This document shows positions 11,286-22,692 of a stretch of DNA of 64,000 nucleotides, piece by piece. Position 1 is the first letter of the stretch; the number at the start of each line of letters is the position of its first letter. Under the pieces are notes generated by a model. The model had not been told where the DNA came from. It ran no database searches and saw nothing but the letters and a program-made list of their open reading frames with translations. The position numbers were made by a program, and so were the translations under genes. Source of the DNA: Selaginella moellendorffii (Eukaryota; Plantae; Lycopodiophyta); the NCBI RefSeq assembly GCF_000143415.4, contig NW_003314262.1:4249816-4313815 (forward strand), read 5' to 3'.

Positions 11286-11901
11286 ACCATAAAACCATAC
11301 ATATCCACCGAGTCTAGAATTTACTACGTACCAGATCCCTTTGCAACCTCAAGCAGGTTTCTTACAACTCCACGAGCATCAACCGAAAACTCCGTTTCAT
11401 GGCAACATGCTTTGTGTATTTCTGTGAAATGTAAAATAAATAAATAAATCAACTTTTGTGAGCTCTCAGTAAGATGCAAGCTCTAGATGATTACCGTGGT
11501 CACTGGTGCCTCATTGTCTCAGATGACAATATCGCGAGCATCTATGTCCTTTCCAAACTCCGTCTTCCAAGTTTCCCACCTGTCTCAAACTGGCGCGGCC
11601 AAAACAATGGCTTTGGCGATAGTATATGTTCTTGGAACAGTTAGCTGCACCCCTGCACAACGATATAAAAAACTTCCATCAACGTGAAGCTTAGCTTACA
11701 GTTGTGCTATTCGTTTCGCAGCGTAGTCCATCCAGCCATCGGGAAGTTTCCGATGCTGCAACCTCAAAGTGTTACTTCCAGAGCAATGAAGAGCAAGAAA
11801 GACCGATCAATTCACATCCAACAATCGCGGCAAGATCTTGCCTCACCTTCGCAGATCAGGGACGCCAGCGCCGCAATCGCTGCCGGCTTCTTCTACGCCA
11901 T
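11286..11901 (-). pseudogene. Collapsed GT29 remnant
   Basis: Ordered fragments of 7920-9355 compressed into ~600 bp. Confidence 0.85.
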
Positions 11902-11943
11902 TTCTCGCTCCCTCCTCCCTCGCATTCTCTGTCAACCTAGCCA

Positions 11944-11990
11944 ATCGCCTGCAGTCCGATAGGTGACTAGTTCGATCCTAGTTGCCTCCT
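11944..11990 (+). pseudogene. 3' two-thirds of a tRNA-Cys(GCA) gene
   Basis: ATCGC-CTGCAGT-CCGAT-AGGTG-ACTAG-TTCGATC-CTAGT-TGCCTCCT; acceptor 5' strand and D arm missing. Confidence 0.8.
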
Positions 11991-12072
11991 TATCCGATGA
12001 ATCCCATGCGCTCCACGAGGTTGTGGTGGTATAAAATGGGCCTAGATCTCAGAGTTACTCTAGATCTTAAGA

Positions 12073-13305
12073 ATGGAACCTCTCACAGCAGTTCCAAAGC
12101 TCTACACCATCGAGTCCACTGCTTATCCTGGCTACTGCATTACTCAGCAAGGCACCCAGATTGTTCTCAAGTTCAAGGATGCGCTCAATCCCTTCCAAGT
12201 ATCAATCTGTATCAATCCAGATCTAGCATCTTGGTTTTGATCTCTTGTGCAGCTCTGGTACAGGGATGAGTCATGGCAGTTCCTGGGCGAGGATAACAGT
12301 GACCTCTCCGCGTTGGTGTTTATAAACCACGGCTCCAAGAAAGCTCTTCGCTCCCAGTCATCCTCAACTTCCCGGAGCATTGCCAAGGTATATAAATCAC
12401 TACAAGTTTGTCTCACACTTGAATTTTTCTCTATCCAGCTTACTGTTGGAGATTATGATCCGGCAGTCGAGAACAATTCTCTCCTCTGGTCTATTTCCGA
12501 CGATCAAGTCTTCGTCACAGAGACTGGGAATTCGTCCGTGTTTTTGAGCCACACTTCGTCTTCGAGGTCCAGCTTTAAAGACGGGGTGCCAGTGGTGACA
12601 TCTGCCCAGGGTGAAAACTCTAGGTGGAAGATCGTTGCTTATGGTAATCCTCTAGACTTGTGGTCAATTCCTTTTGATTTTCTCGTTGTGCTGCACAGTG
12701 CCTTCTCAAGTGTACAGGATTCTGTGTCACTGGTTTGGGAATTACTTGACTTGGAAGCAGCAAAATGTGGACGTAACTTTCAAGGATGCAATCAAGCACA
12801 ACGACTAGATAAACGTGGTGGCTGTTAGTCCAAACAACATTTCTCTCAACGGCATGGTTTGTGACTTTGTCTGATACTATCATCTTGGATCTCATTCGTA
12901 TTATTGTAATAGGCATGGTTCAAGGTTCCTGCTGGTGGCCGAGACAATACCACGTACTTTACCTCGTTTATCCTAATAAACAAGACTGGTCTAGCACTCA
13001 GGAGACAAGGTAAGTCCTAAAACTTTTGAAGGACTTTGCAAGCTAAACGAAAGATACCTTTTTCATGGCAGGTGCTCTTGACTCAATTTGATCCTCTCGA
13101 CTACGGTTTTGTGTGGTCTGAGGACCGATTCCAGGCTTCAAACACGGACTACGTGGCCATCAATCTGGATGGAACGAACTTGCAGTGGTCTCTGCAGAAC
13201 GACGATCAGTACCAGAACAGTGCGTGGTATCATCCTCTCGTTCTTCGCCCAGGATATGTTGAGCAGCAGACCTGGAAATTCAATCCAGTGGTGAACAATG
13301 TTTAG
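12073..13305 (+). pseudogene. EUL lectin copy C, disrupted in domain 2
   Basis: Premature TAG at 12806-12808 (GAG in other copies) and a frameshifting deletion in exon 5; domain 1 still open. Confidence 0.8.
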
Positions 13306-13909
13306 CTGGGACTTTTATGTTCATAAATGAGATGAGAAGATGCTAGATCTATGCATGAATGTTCATATGAATAATTACACTTCTAAATGTTTAATCAGCT
13401 GCAGTATGATCAATATGTCATCAGTTTTTCCCAACAAAACGAATGTGTTTTAGGTTGACAAAAATGGAGCTAGGTGAGCCAAGACGGTTTACTAAAAAAT
13501 ATTCTCTATTAGCGTTCTTCAAATATGCTAAAAATATTCTTAAAATTTGAAATATTTTGTCATTATAGCTATATATTAAATCATATATTAATAACAACTA
13601 TACCTTATGTTGTAACTATAAACTATTTTATAATATAAGATATTATCATAATTACAAATTATATCTCAATCCTTACAAAATCCACACAATCTATACATAT
13701 AGAAGTATTATGTTGCTTTCTCCTTCTCTCTCACTTTTTTGCCTTTCTTTCTTCATTCTCTTGTGTATGATCATTGATAATGAAAGTTGACTTCTCTTTA
13801 ATACACTTTAATACACTAAAAGATCGAATGGCTGTGAGTGGCACTACCTAAACCCAGAATTTAGGGTTGCCCGGAATCATTTAGAATTGACACTTCTATG
13901 GTTGTTACA

Positions 13910-15230
13910 TCATAGCTCAATGCTTCTACTTTTGGAATTGACCAGCATTAGAATTACTCTAGAGCTTCCAAGATCGAGACCAAAAAAGTAAGTCAGGCAT
14001 TGACATTGAGTGCAATTTTCCTTTTTTCTTGCAGTTTCAATGTGACAAACAGGAAGAAGCCAGTCATAGGTGTCAGTAGCTAGAATGCTGGGAGAAGGTG
14101 TCTTGATGGGCTGGCCACACAATCAATAATAGTGGCCACTAATTTGGCCCTAAACCACAGTAATCTGGCCTTAATAGACATTTGAGACGTGTTTGTTTGG
14201 GTTTGTGGACACCATTGAGCGGCAGAGCTGGAGCCAGAGCCAGCCTTCAACACGGCCAGAATCATCAGAGCCATGTTCTTCCGTAAGAGAGAACAAGCCC
14301 AAGGTGAGTTCTCAAAGCCATAGCTTGCAAACCCTATCCACCTCTCACAACCCAAGCGTCATTGTATTCTCCAAAACTTTGACGAGCTTCCCATTGAGCT
14401 CCTTGCCTTCTCCAGCTGCCAGGCCCTTGAAAGCAGCAGCATAGCTTGCATCATCTGTTACACAGTTGCCCACATCCTCATCAAGATGCATATACCTCCT
14501 AGTGCCTACTGGCTAAAACTTGAACTCTTCTAATGTTGCAAAAGCCTCCTTTAACTTGCCTCTTGTACCCTTGTTTCTGCTGTGCCACTTTGAGATTCTA
14601 TAGCTGCTGGTGGTGGAATCTCTCCAACATGTTCTTCTTCATTTATACATTCTAAATATTGCATTGCTAGCCTTCAAAACATCCCCTCTTCCCTTGAAAA
14701 AGACTTCCCATCTTCTATGGAGTAAATTCAAAAGATTCCAAAAAATCTAAAACACAAACTTGTCATTATTGAAAATGACATGAATTGATATGCCCTTTCA
14801 CAAAACACGTAAGAGGTGTCCTCTAGCAACTCTTCCAATGGTTTGTATGTGTGCCTCTCATTGATATCCATTCAATATGTATAAGTGGATCATCCAAAAT
14901 TGTATTTGTAGCAGATGGATTGGAGCAAGGTGAACATTAAATTTTTCTCTTGAGTTGCCCAGGGCCACTATGTTCCCAGCCAATTGCAAGATTCCCTTGC
15001 CCAGCTCATCAAGCCTTTTCTTGCATCAAAACTCTTCTCTGGCTGCTCCAACTCTTTGGAGATGTCCTCCAACAGCATAGCTAATTGGAGGTACTCACCA
15101 TGCATGAAAGGTTTGTGCTTTGGTTTTTCATGTGCAGTGAAAGAGTCTACAGAATTTAGCCAAGCTCTCCCACTCAAGCAAACAGTTCAGATATTCTTCA
15201 ACACACTTAGATAGCAACAACAAGGCTTGA
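13910..15230 (-). other. Decayed coding-like sequence of unknown family inside a ~2.2-kb insert between lectin copies C and D
   Basis: Long minus-strand stretches with only sporadic stops (ORFs 14968..15177, 13910..14122 and part of the interval between); no motif confidently recognised. Confidence 0.35.
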
Positions 15231-15730
15231 ATTGCAATTGTTCGAAAAGATTTTACTAAAATGAAAACACACTAATTCCTAAAACCAAAGTGTTGCAGTT
15301 TTCCAAGAAGCAAACCTGACCTCCCATCACTCCAGCAGCACCTCCAAGATTGAAATTCTTGAATGATGCTACCATGTTTAACTCATGACATCCTTTTTAC
15401 ATGCTTTTAGCGTATTGATCTTATGCTAAACTCTTGAGATCTCCAATTCTTTCCTATCAAAATTCTGATCTCCCACTACAACAATGATGGTTTGCTACCA
15501 CCTCCATACTTTGCTAGTGAAGCTTCTAGACCTCCCATGTTGATCAAACCATAGTTTACACTCTCCAACCTTGATCTTAACAATAAGATACAAGAATAAA
15601 TAAAAGAAAACATGACAAAAAGAAACTGTATGCTATTGACTTGAACCTTTAAAAATAGTATGCGGCATAGTTTTGAGCTTAATCTCAGTCCAGCTTCTAT
15701 ATTCTCTGGAATGTTTCTAAGATTTTAAGA

Positions 15731-16891
15731 ATGGCTCTCATAGCAGCTCCAAAGTTCTACAGCATCGAGTCCATTGCTTATCTTGGCTACTTCATTACTC
15801 AGCACGGCACCCAGATTGTTCTCAAGTCCAAGGACGTGCTCAGTCCCTTCTGATCATCAAACTAAATGATCTTTGTCCTTGTGCAGTTGTGGTACAGAGA
15901 CGAGTCTTGGCAGTACCTGAGCAGGATGTCACTGGCCTTCTCTGCTCCCAGTTATCCTCAACATCTCGGAGCGTTGTCAAGGTATAAAGTACTGCATGCT
16001 TGTCTCACACTTCATTGGTCTAAATGAAATCTTCAAGGCAACTGTTGGAGACTATGATCCGGTAGTTGAGGACGATCCTCTCCTCTGGTCTGTATCCGCA
16101 AGCTCGGACGATCAAGTCTCCATCACAATGACTGGGAATTCGTCCGTGTTCTTGAGCCACACTTCTTCAAGTTCCAGCTTTAAAGACGGGGTGCCAGTGG
16201 TGACATCCACCCATGGTGGAAACTCCCAGTGGAAGCTCGTCACTTACGGTAAGCTCATGAATCATATGACTTGCTCGTCTCGGTTATGCTTATATAATCT
16301 CTTTGTGCCACAGTGCCTTCTCAAGATCACACTGGTTTCGAAATTACTTGACTTGGAAGCAGCAAAATGTGGACGTAACTTTCAAGGATGCAATCAAGCA
16401 CAACGACGAGACAAACGTGGTCCAAACAACATTTCTCTTGACGGCATGGTTTGTAACTTCGATCTGACACTATCATCTTGGATCTCACATGTGTTATCAT
16501 AATAGATATGGTACAAGGTTCCCGCCGGAGGCCGAGACGATACCACGTACTTCACCGTTCAGACTGGTTTAGCACTCAAAGGGTCGACAAAGCCGGGAGA
16601 CAAGGTACTCTTCGAGGAACCTTTGCAAACTAAACTTGGACGATCATCGCAGGTGCTCTTGACTCAATATGATCCTCTCGACTACGGTTTCGTGTGGTCT
16701 GAGAACCGATTCCAGGCTTCAAACACGGACTATCTCGCGATCAATCTGGATGGAACAAACTTGCAGTGGGCTCTGCAGAACGATGACCAGTACCAGAACA
16801 GTGCGTGGTACCATCCTCTCACGCTCCGCCCGGCATCTGCAAACCAAAGCAGCAGGCCTGGAAATTCAATCCAGTGGTGGCAGGCAGTTAA
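15731..16891 (+). pseudogene. EUL lectin copy D
   Basis: TGA at 15851 replaces Q|GT at the end of exon 1; deletions in exons 2, 4, 5 and 6. Confidence 0.85.
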
Positions 16892-16950
16892 CCATGAACC
16901 ATGATGAACCATGCTGAACTCATTACCAGTTTTCTTCTTGCAAATAAAAC

Positions 16951-17587
16951 TCCCTGTTTGATTATGATCGGCTCGATCATCGTCTCCGCAAACACGATAA
17001 TCTCAGGCTAATCTCCGGCAAGATCGCCTCAGCTCGCAGGATCTTCGAGATGTCCCGCGACTTCGTAAGCCCAGAGCGGCGATGTCTAGATTCTTCCACT
17101 CCATGCCCGCTCGCAGCGGCGTCTTGTGCTCCAGGCCTGGGCAGAAAGATCTTGTTGGATCGAAGTCCTGTCTCTTGGAACTGTCTCTTGGGTGATCGCG
17201 ATTTACGGCCAAGCTGGTCGCATCGTCCGGTCCCTCAAGATCATTCACAGCTTCCACCGGAAAGGAATGCTGCCGGATCAAGCCACGTTCGTCTGCGTTC
17301 TAGCTGCGTGTAGCCACGCTGGTCTGCTCGAAGTTGCGTACGAGAACTTCTGCTCCATCACTGTGAACTACGGGCTTTCCTTGCTCGAAGATCACTGCCG
17401 CTGCATGGTTGATCTCCTCGGATGCTCAGGCCAGCAGGAAGAGGCCGATGCATGCCATCGCAGCCGGGGAGCTCTGCCTGGACGAGCCTGTTAGCTTCTT
17501 GCCGGATCCATAGTGACGCACGGCGAGCTGCCAGAGCCGGGCGGTATGCTAAAGCGCCAGTTTTGCGTCCTCGTCGAGAGTCACTAA
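16951..17587 (+). pseudogene. Second internally deleted PPR remnant (duplicate of 6696-7324)
   Basis: Near-identical to 6696-7324 including most deletion junctions. Confidence 0.9.
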
Positions 17588-19605
17588 GATTTTTTTCGTT
17601 TCCCATGGCTGCGCTGCTGCTCCTGTTGTGGTCTGATGCACACCAGGTCCTCGAGCTTGTTGCCATCGATCTTGTACATCGTGACGCCTTCCATGGCGCG
17701 GTAATGGTGTTGAGCTTCACTTCTCAGGGAGTTCACGCTTGTTTTCTCCCACTTTGCGTAGTTTGAGTTCTTGCGGGTCTCGCTCATGTCTTTTGATCCT
17801 GACAGGCGTCCATTTCGAGATGAACTTCCCCATACTTTGCAGTTCTTGAAAGCTCCCAGGTCTTTGCCTGGCTTTCGTTTGAGTCCCATTGCTGCGTAGT
17901 AGGCTGCGTTTACTGTCGCTCGGGTCGGAATGACCGACCAGTCTTGCTTTCTGGCTTCTCGCATTGGAGAATACAGCCTCATTGTCTGTATACACGGAGA
18001 CTATCAATGATAATCCATAGTCGTTTTTCTTACCCCGAGGCATTCCAACAGTTGATAGTAGGCTCTGCCTTGTAGTGGATTGTGCCCCTTGCAAGGAGCC
18101 GAGAAGTAACGAGTCCTATAGATGAAAAGAATGGTACAATGATAAGAAGTTGGAAGGAGTGTGAGTCAATACCATTCCGTGTAGCCTGGATCCACCGTAA
18201 AACCATACATATCCACCGAGTCACACATTGACAAGGCGAGCTCCAAAGACTTAATGCCTGTCCCTTTCGCTCCCCGACGGAAAACTACACCTTGGAACAA
18301 GTAGACAGGATTCGGAAGCTGTAAAAGATAAAACTCAGTTAGCAAACCGCATAGCAAGCGTCAAAGGCCCTATCACTTTTATTTTAGCGTTGAAGTCCCG
18401 ATGGATAACACTCTTGATAATCAACACTTCATCATCTGCAAAAATCCTCTTTTGCATTAAGCCAGAGACTTCTACTACGTACCAGATCCCTTTGCAACCT
18501 CAAGCAGGTTTCTTACTACTCCATGAGCCATCAATCGAAAACTCCGTTTCATGCCAACATGCTTTGCGTATTTCTGTGAAATGAAAGCACCTTTTGCGAG
18601 CTCAGTAGTACGCAACCTTTGTGAGGTGATTACCGTGGTCACTGGTGCCTCATTGTCTCGGATGACAATATCGTGAGCATCTATCTCCTTTCCAAACTCC
18701 GTCTTTAAGAGGTCTTCCGAGTTTCCCACCACCGCACACGTCCTAAACTGGCGCGGCCAAAACGGTGGCTTTGGCGGTAGTATCAACTCGAGATGTTCTT
18801 CGCACAGGCTTCGATTGGAACAGTTAGCTGCACCCCTGCACAACTAGATTAAAAACTTCCATCAACATCAAGCTTAGTTTACAGTTGAGCTATTCGTTTT
18901 GCAGCGTAGTCCATCCACCCATCGGGACGTGCATCCAGATACTCGCGAGTCAATATCGTTGTGACGTTTCGATACTGCAAACTCAAAAGTGTTATTTGAA
19001 TCAAGAGCAAAATTTGCAGCAAAGTACCTGTTCCCACAGGAGCAGCGTCTCGCAGACGTCAAATTCATATTCCAGTGGCTTGTAGATTTTAAACTGCTCA
19101 TTACGCACCGTGAAGGATGCTTGCAAGATCGTTCTGAAATATCCGGAGGGAACAAATAGTACCTGGGTAAGTAACTAGAAATGTTTTTGCGTGATCGAAG
19201 CTTACAAGTTTACTCGGTACATGCAGTCAATCCAAGCCCATTTCTTTCCTGTAAAAAGAAAGCATTGAAGTATCACTACTCTCCAACGAAGAAAACAAAG
19301 GCAAGAACATATAAGATCGAGAAAACTTACCACGCATTTTTGGACTTGGCGCTGGAACGAACCAAGCGTAGAAGCGTCTCGATCTCACAAGAAAAAGAAA
19401 AATCCTGGGCGCTGCAAGCCTACATTTCTCCCGCAACAAAGATCGATCGATCCACATCCAACAATCGCAGCGAGATACCTTCCAAGAAGAAGAGTCCTTG
19501 GGGCGCCAGGAAGAGGAGGCAGATCAGGGACACCAGCGCCGCAATCGCGAGTGGGAGCGACAGTAGCAAGGCTCGCTGCTTCTTGGGCGGCTGCTTCCAC
19601 GCCAT
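17584..19605 (-). pseudogene. GT29 sialyltransferase-like copy 2, broken by a 115-bp inversion (19107-19221)
   Basis: Colinear with 7322-9355 except that 8848-8962 is present as its reverse complement; sialylmotif L GNSG changed to GNSE. Confidence 0.85.
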
Positions 19606-19691
19606 TTTTCTCCTACGCACTGATCAAGCGAGCTCCTCCCTGTAAACCTAGCTGTCAGATTAAAGCAGACTCAGTTAATTAACATGTTAAT

Positions 19692-19763
19692 GGAGGTATA
19701 GCTCAGCGGTAGAGCAATCGGCTGCAGTCCGATAGGTCACCAGTTCAATCCTGGTTGCCTCCT
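19692..19763 (+). tRNA. tRNA-Cys: tRNA-Cys (anticodon GCA), complete 72-nt cloverleaf
   Basis: Acceptor GGAGGTA/TGCCTCC, D arm GCTC/GAGC, anticodon arm ATCGG-CTGCAGT-CCGAT, T arm ACCAG-TTCAATC-CTGGT, U discriminator. Confidence 0.93.
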
Positions 19764-20836
19764 TCGCCAAATAATTTCTTCTAACAAGACAAATCTGTCA
19801 GCGATAAAATAATGATTTTGAAGTTTTTATATGTATTTTTTAACTTACATTTATTATTATTACTAATTTTCATCTTTTTATGACTTTACCCTTATCAATA
19901 AATAAATTTAATATTATGAGTGCTTGGAATATGGAAAGGGAATACAGAAATGTGTATATCAATTAGCCCAAAAACTCAAGCTTATATACAAGAGCAAGTT
20001 GTCCGGATTGAAACAAATCCGATAGCTACCAAAATCCCACTACACTAATATTAATATACAGTATCGTAGCTATACACTTGGCCCTCACATCATCTCCTCC
20101 TCTCGGAATAATGGAAGACTATCAGGGTTCTCTTGTAGATGGGCTAGGATCTGGAGGAATGTCAGGAGGAGGTATCGGCAGATCTGTAGGTGGTATTAAT
20201 TGCTCCTGATCCCTTTGTATGAAGCGTTTCAACCGCTGCACATGCACAATCTCTGAAGGATCGGCTTGCTGGACATTATGCCGAACCTCATAAACTTGTG
20301 GTCCAACTTGCCGCAACACTCGATACGGTTCTTTCCACTGTGCAAGGAGCCCCTTAGATAAACCACATATCGTAAGATGGGGAAAACGGACTAACACTAA
20401 ATCATCCACTTTGTACTCCGTAGGTGGACGATGATGGGAGTTGTACTGCCGTTGTTGTCCCACGTGTACACGGCCTAAGTGTTCGGCAGACTCCGCTCGG
20501 ACAAGTGGAAGAATGGTCATCAAATACTGATCCCACGACCTAGCATCTGCAACTCGTGGCAATCACGAAGGTAAACCTAGCTTCGTTGGTAATATTGGAT
20601 CATGACCATATAAAAGTTTATATGGTGAAACACCAACAGAACTCTACACCCCTGTGATATATGCATATCGAAGAGATGGCAAATAACCATCCCAATCCGA
20701 ATGCTAAAAGTTCACATACTTCGCAATCATCCTCTTAAATGTCTGAACGAGCCATTCCACCAGATCATCTGATTGTGGATGATAAGCACTCGTGAAAGTG
20801 TGGCATATCCCCAGCCGAGACGTCAAAACATGAAAT

Positions 20837-21993
20837 TGTAAGGAACCGACTCCCCGAGATGTCGTAGGCTAAAGGATCCCCAAAAGCTTGACCAAAATGA
20901 CAAAGAGTTCATCGGATGGGACCAAGTCGAGGATCGAGTCCAAGACCGACTCTAGGACCGAGTTTGAGATAGAGTCCGGAATCGAGTCCAAGACCGACTC
21001 GGGGACCGAGTTCGAGTCCGAGTTCGAGACCGAGTTCGAGACGGAGTCCGAGATCCGAAATCGGGTCCGAGACCGAGTCCGAGGTCGAGTCCGAGGTCGG
21101 GTCCGAGGTCGGGTCCGAGATCGAGTCCGAGATCGAGTCCGAGACCGAATCCGAAGTCGGATCTGAAATCGGGTCCGAGATCGAGCCAGAGACTAAGTCC
21201 AAATACTAATACGGGTCAAGGGGTGAAAGCCCAAAGCGTGTGTCTCCCAGGGGGGGGGGCTGCAGGGGGTTCCAAAAGTATAGTAGGGATAGTGAGGTCC
21301 AGGAACCAGTTTTGAAGGGACTCTCCAGTTGGGCTTCCAAACCGACTTGAGGTTAAGACTGGGACCGAGGGGCCTTGGGTGGGAGTGAGCATGGACTTGG
21401 CTGGTGCCGGAGGGGCCATCCAAGGAAGTGCTCAAGAGCAGCTCCCACTCCCGAAAGGGAAACCGACTGCGGTGCTCCCGGCTCAGGTGGAGTGGTGCCC
21501 CACTTGAGTACCTTGTGGCTCATTGGTCCTCGCCCTTCCGGGGGCTTGGGCCTTCCCTTCGGGATGGAAGAGGGGGGGTAGAGGTACCCATACCGAGCCG
21601 TGAGGCCACGGTGTTTTGCCCCGACGTCCCGAAGCAAGTGCTGCACCCAAGACTTGGGATTTAGAGGGTCCCATGATCAAGTCTTGTGGTACCAAGGGGT
21701 GTTAGGAATCTGGAGGCTTGGTGTGCTTGGCTGTTTGTGCCTGCGGGGAGTGTAGCCGAACCTTAAGTCCAGTCTAACCCGGGGAGGGGGATTGGGAGAG
21801 ATTTGGGAATCCGTAGATGGATGGCTAACACTCCGTTGCTCGTGCAGTAAGTAGCTGAAACCAAGTAGGACCAAGTAGGAGCTGGTACCATAGGCGGGAA
21901 CCTTGGCGAGGGAACTTAGCACAAGCCAAGGCAGAGTTTGTTGGATAGACGAGGTAAGCTGGCAAATTGGAAAAGAAAAACTTGTGGCTTACA
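20837..21993 (+). mobile_element. Solo LTR, family A (~1.16 kb), nested in the integrase
   Basis: TGTAAG..CTTACA ends; TSD GAAAT at 20832-20836 and 21994-21998. Confidence 0.92.
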
Positions 21994-22692
21994 GAAATGC
22001 ATCAGTCATAAATGCGGGACCATTATCCGAAAGAATCCGCTCTAGACAAAAATGCTGGAACACCACTCGACTGAGGAGGAAGTATCCAATAGCAGTTACA
22101 AAGGCACTAGCAAAAGCACCAACTTCCACCCAATGAGTCAAGTAGTTAGAAGTAATAATAACATACTCATTGCCAGCACTCAACCATGGAAAAGGTCCCA
22201 TAAGATCAAATGCCACCAACTCAAACGCACGGGAAACTGTAATTGACTCCAACTGTCCTTCTGCAGCCCGAGGGGGAGTATTACGAGCTTGGCACCAAAT
22301 ACAGTTACGCACATACCGAATAATATCACGTCGCATCTCCGGCCAATAGAAAGACCTGCGTAGCTTCTCAATTACATGACGATGTCCCATATGCCCATCT
22401 AGAATAGGAGAATCATGGTAGGCATGGAGAAACCGCGGAATAAAGATAGAAAGCACCACCAGCCGTAAATGATTATCAGGATCCGTCCCTATAAAATAAA
22501 GAAGGCTGTCTTTGAGGCAATATTGAGAATGTAAATGCCGGAAAGGCAAGTCATCAGCAAGTGATGCAGGATTCTCAAACCCATCTCGAAGCCTTCAAAT
22601 CCACGGCTCAAGCTTTTGAGCCTCGTTAACCTCACCAAGAGAAGGTAGATTTTGCTCTGCACCTTGTGGACACTGAACGTCAAGTACAGCAA

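Noticed and set aside
19677-19691. Palindrome ATTAACATGTTAAT immediately upstream of tRNA-Cys
   Set aside because: Short and AT-rich; compatible with an ordinary Pol III upstream region
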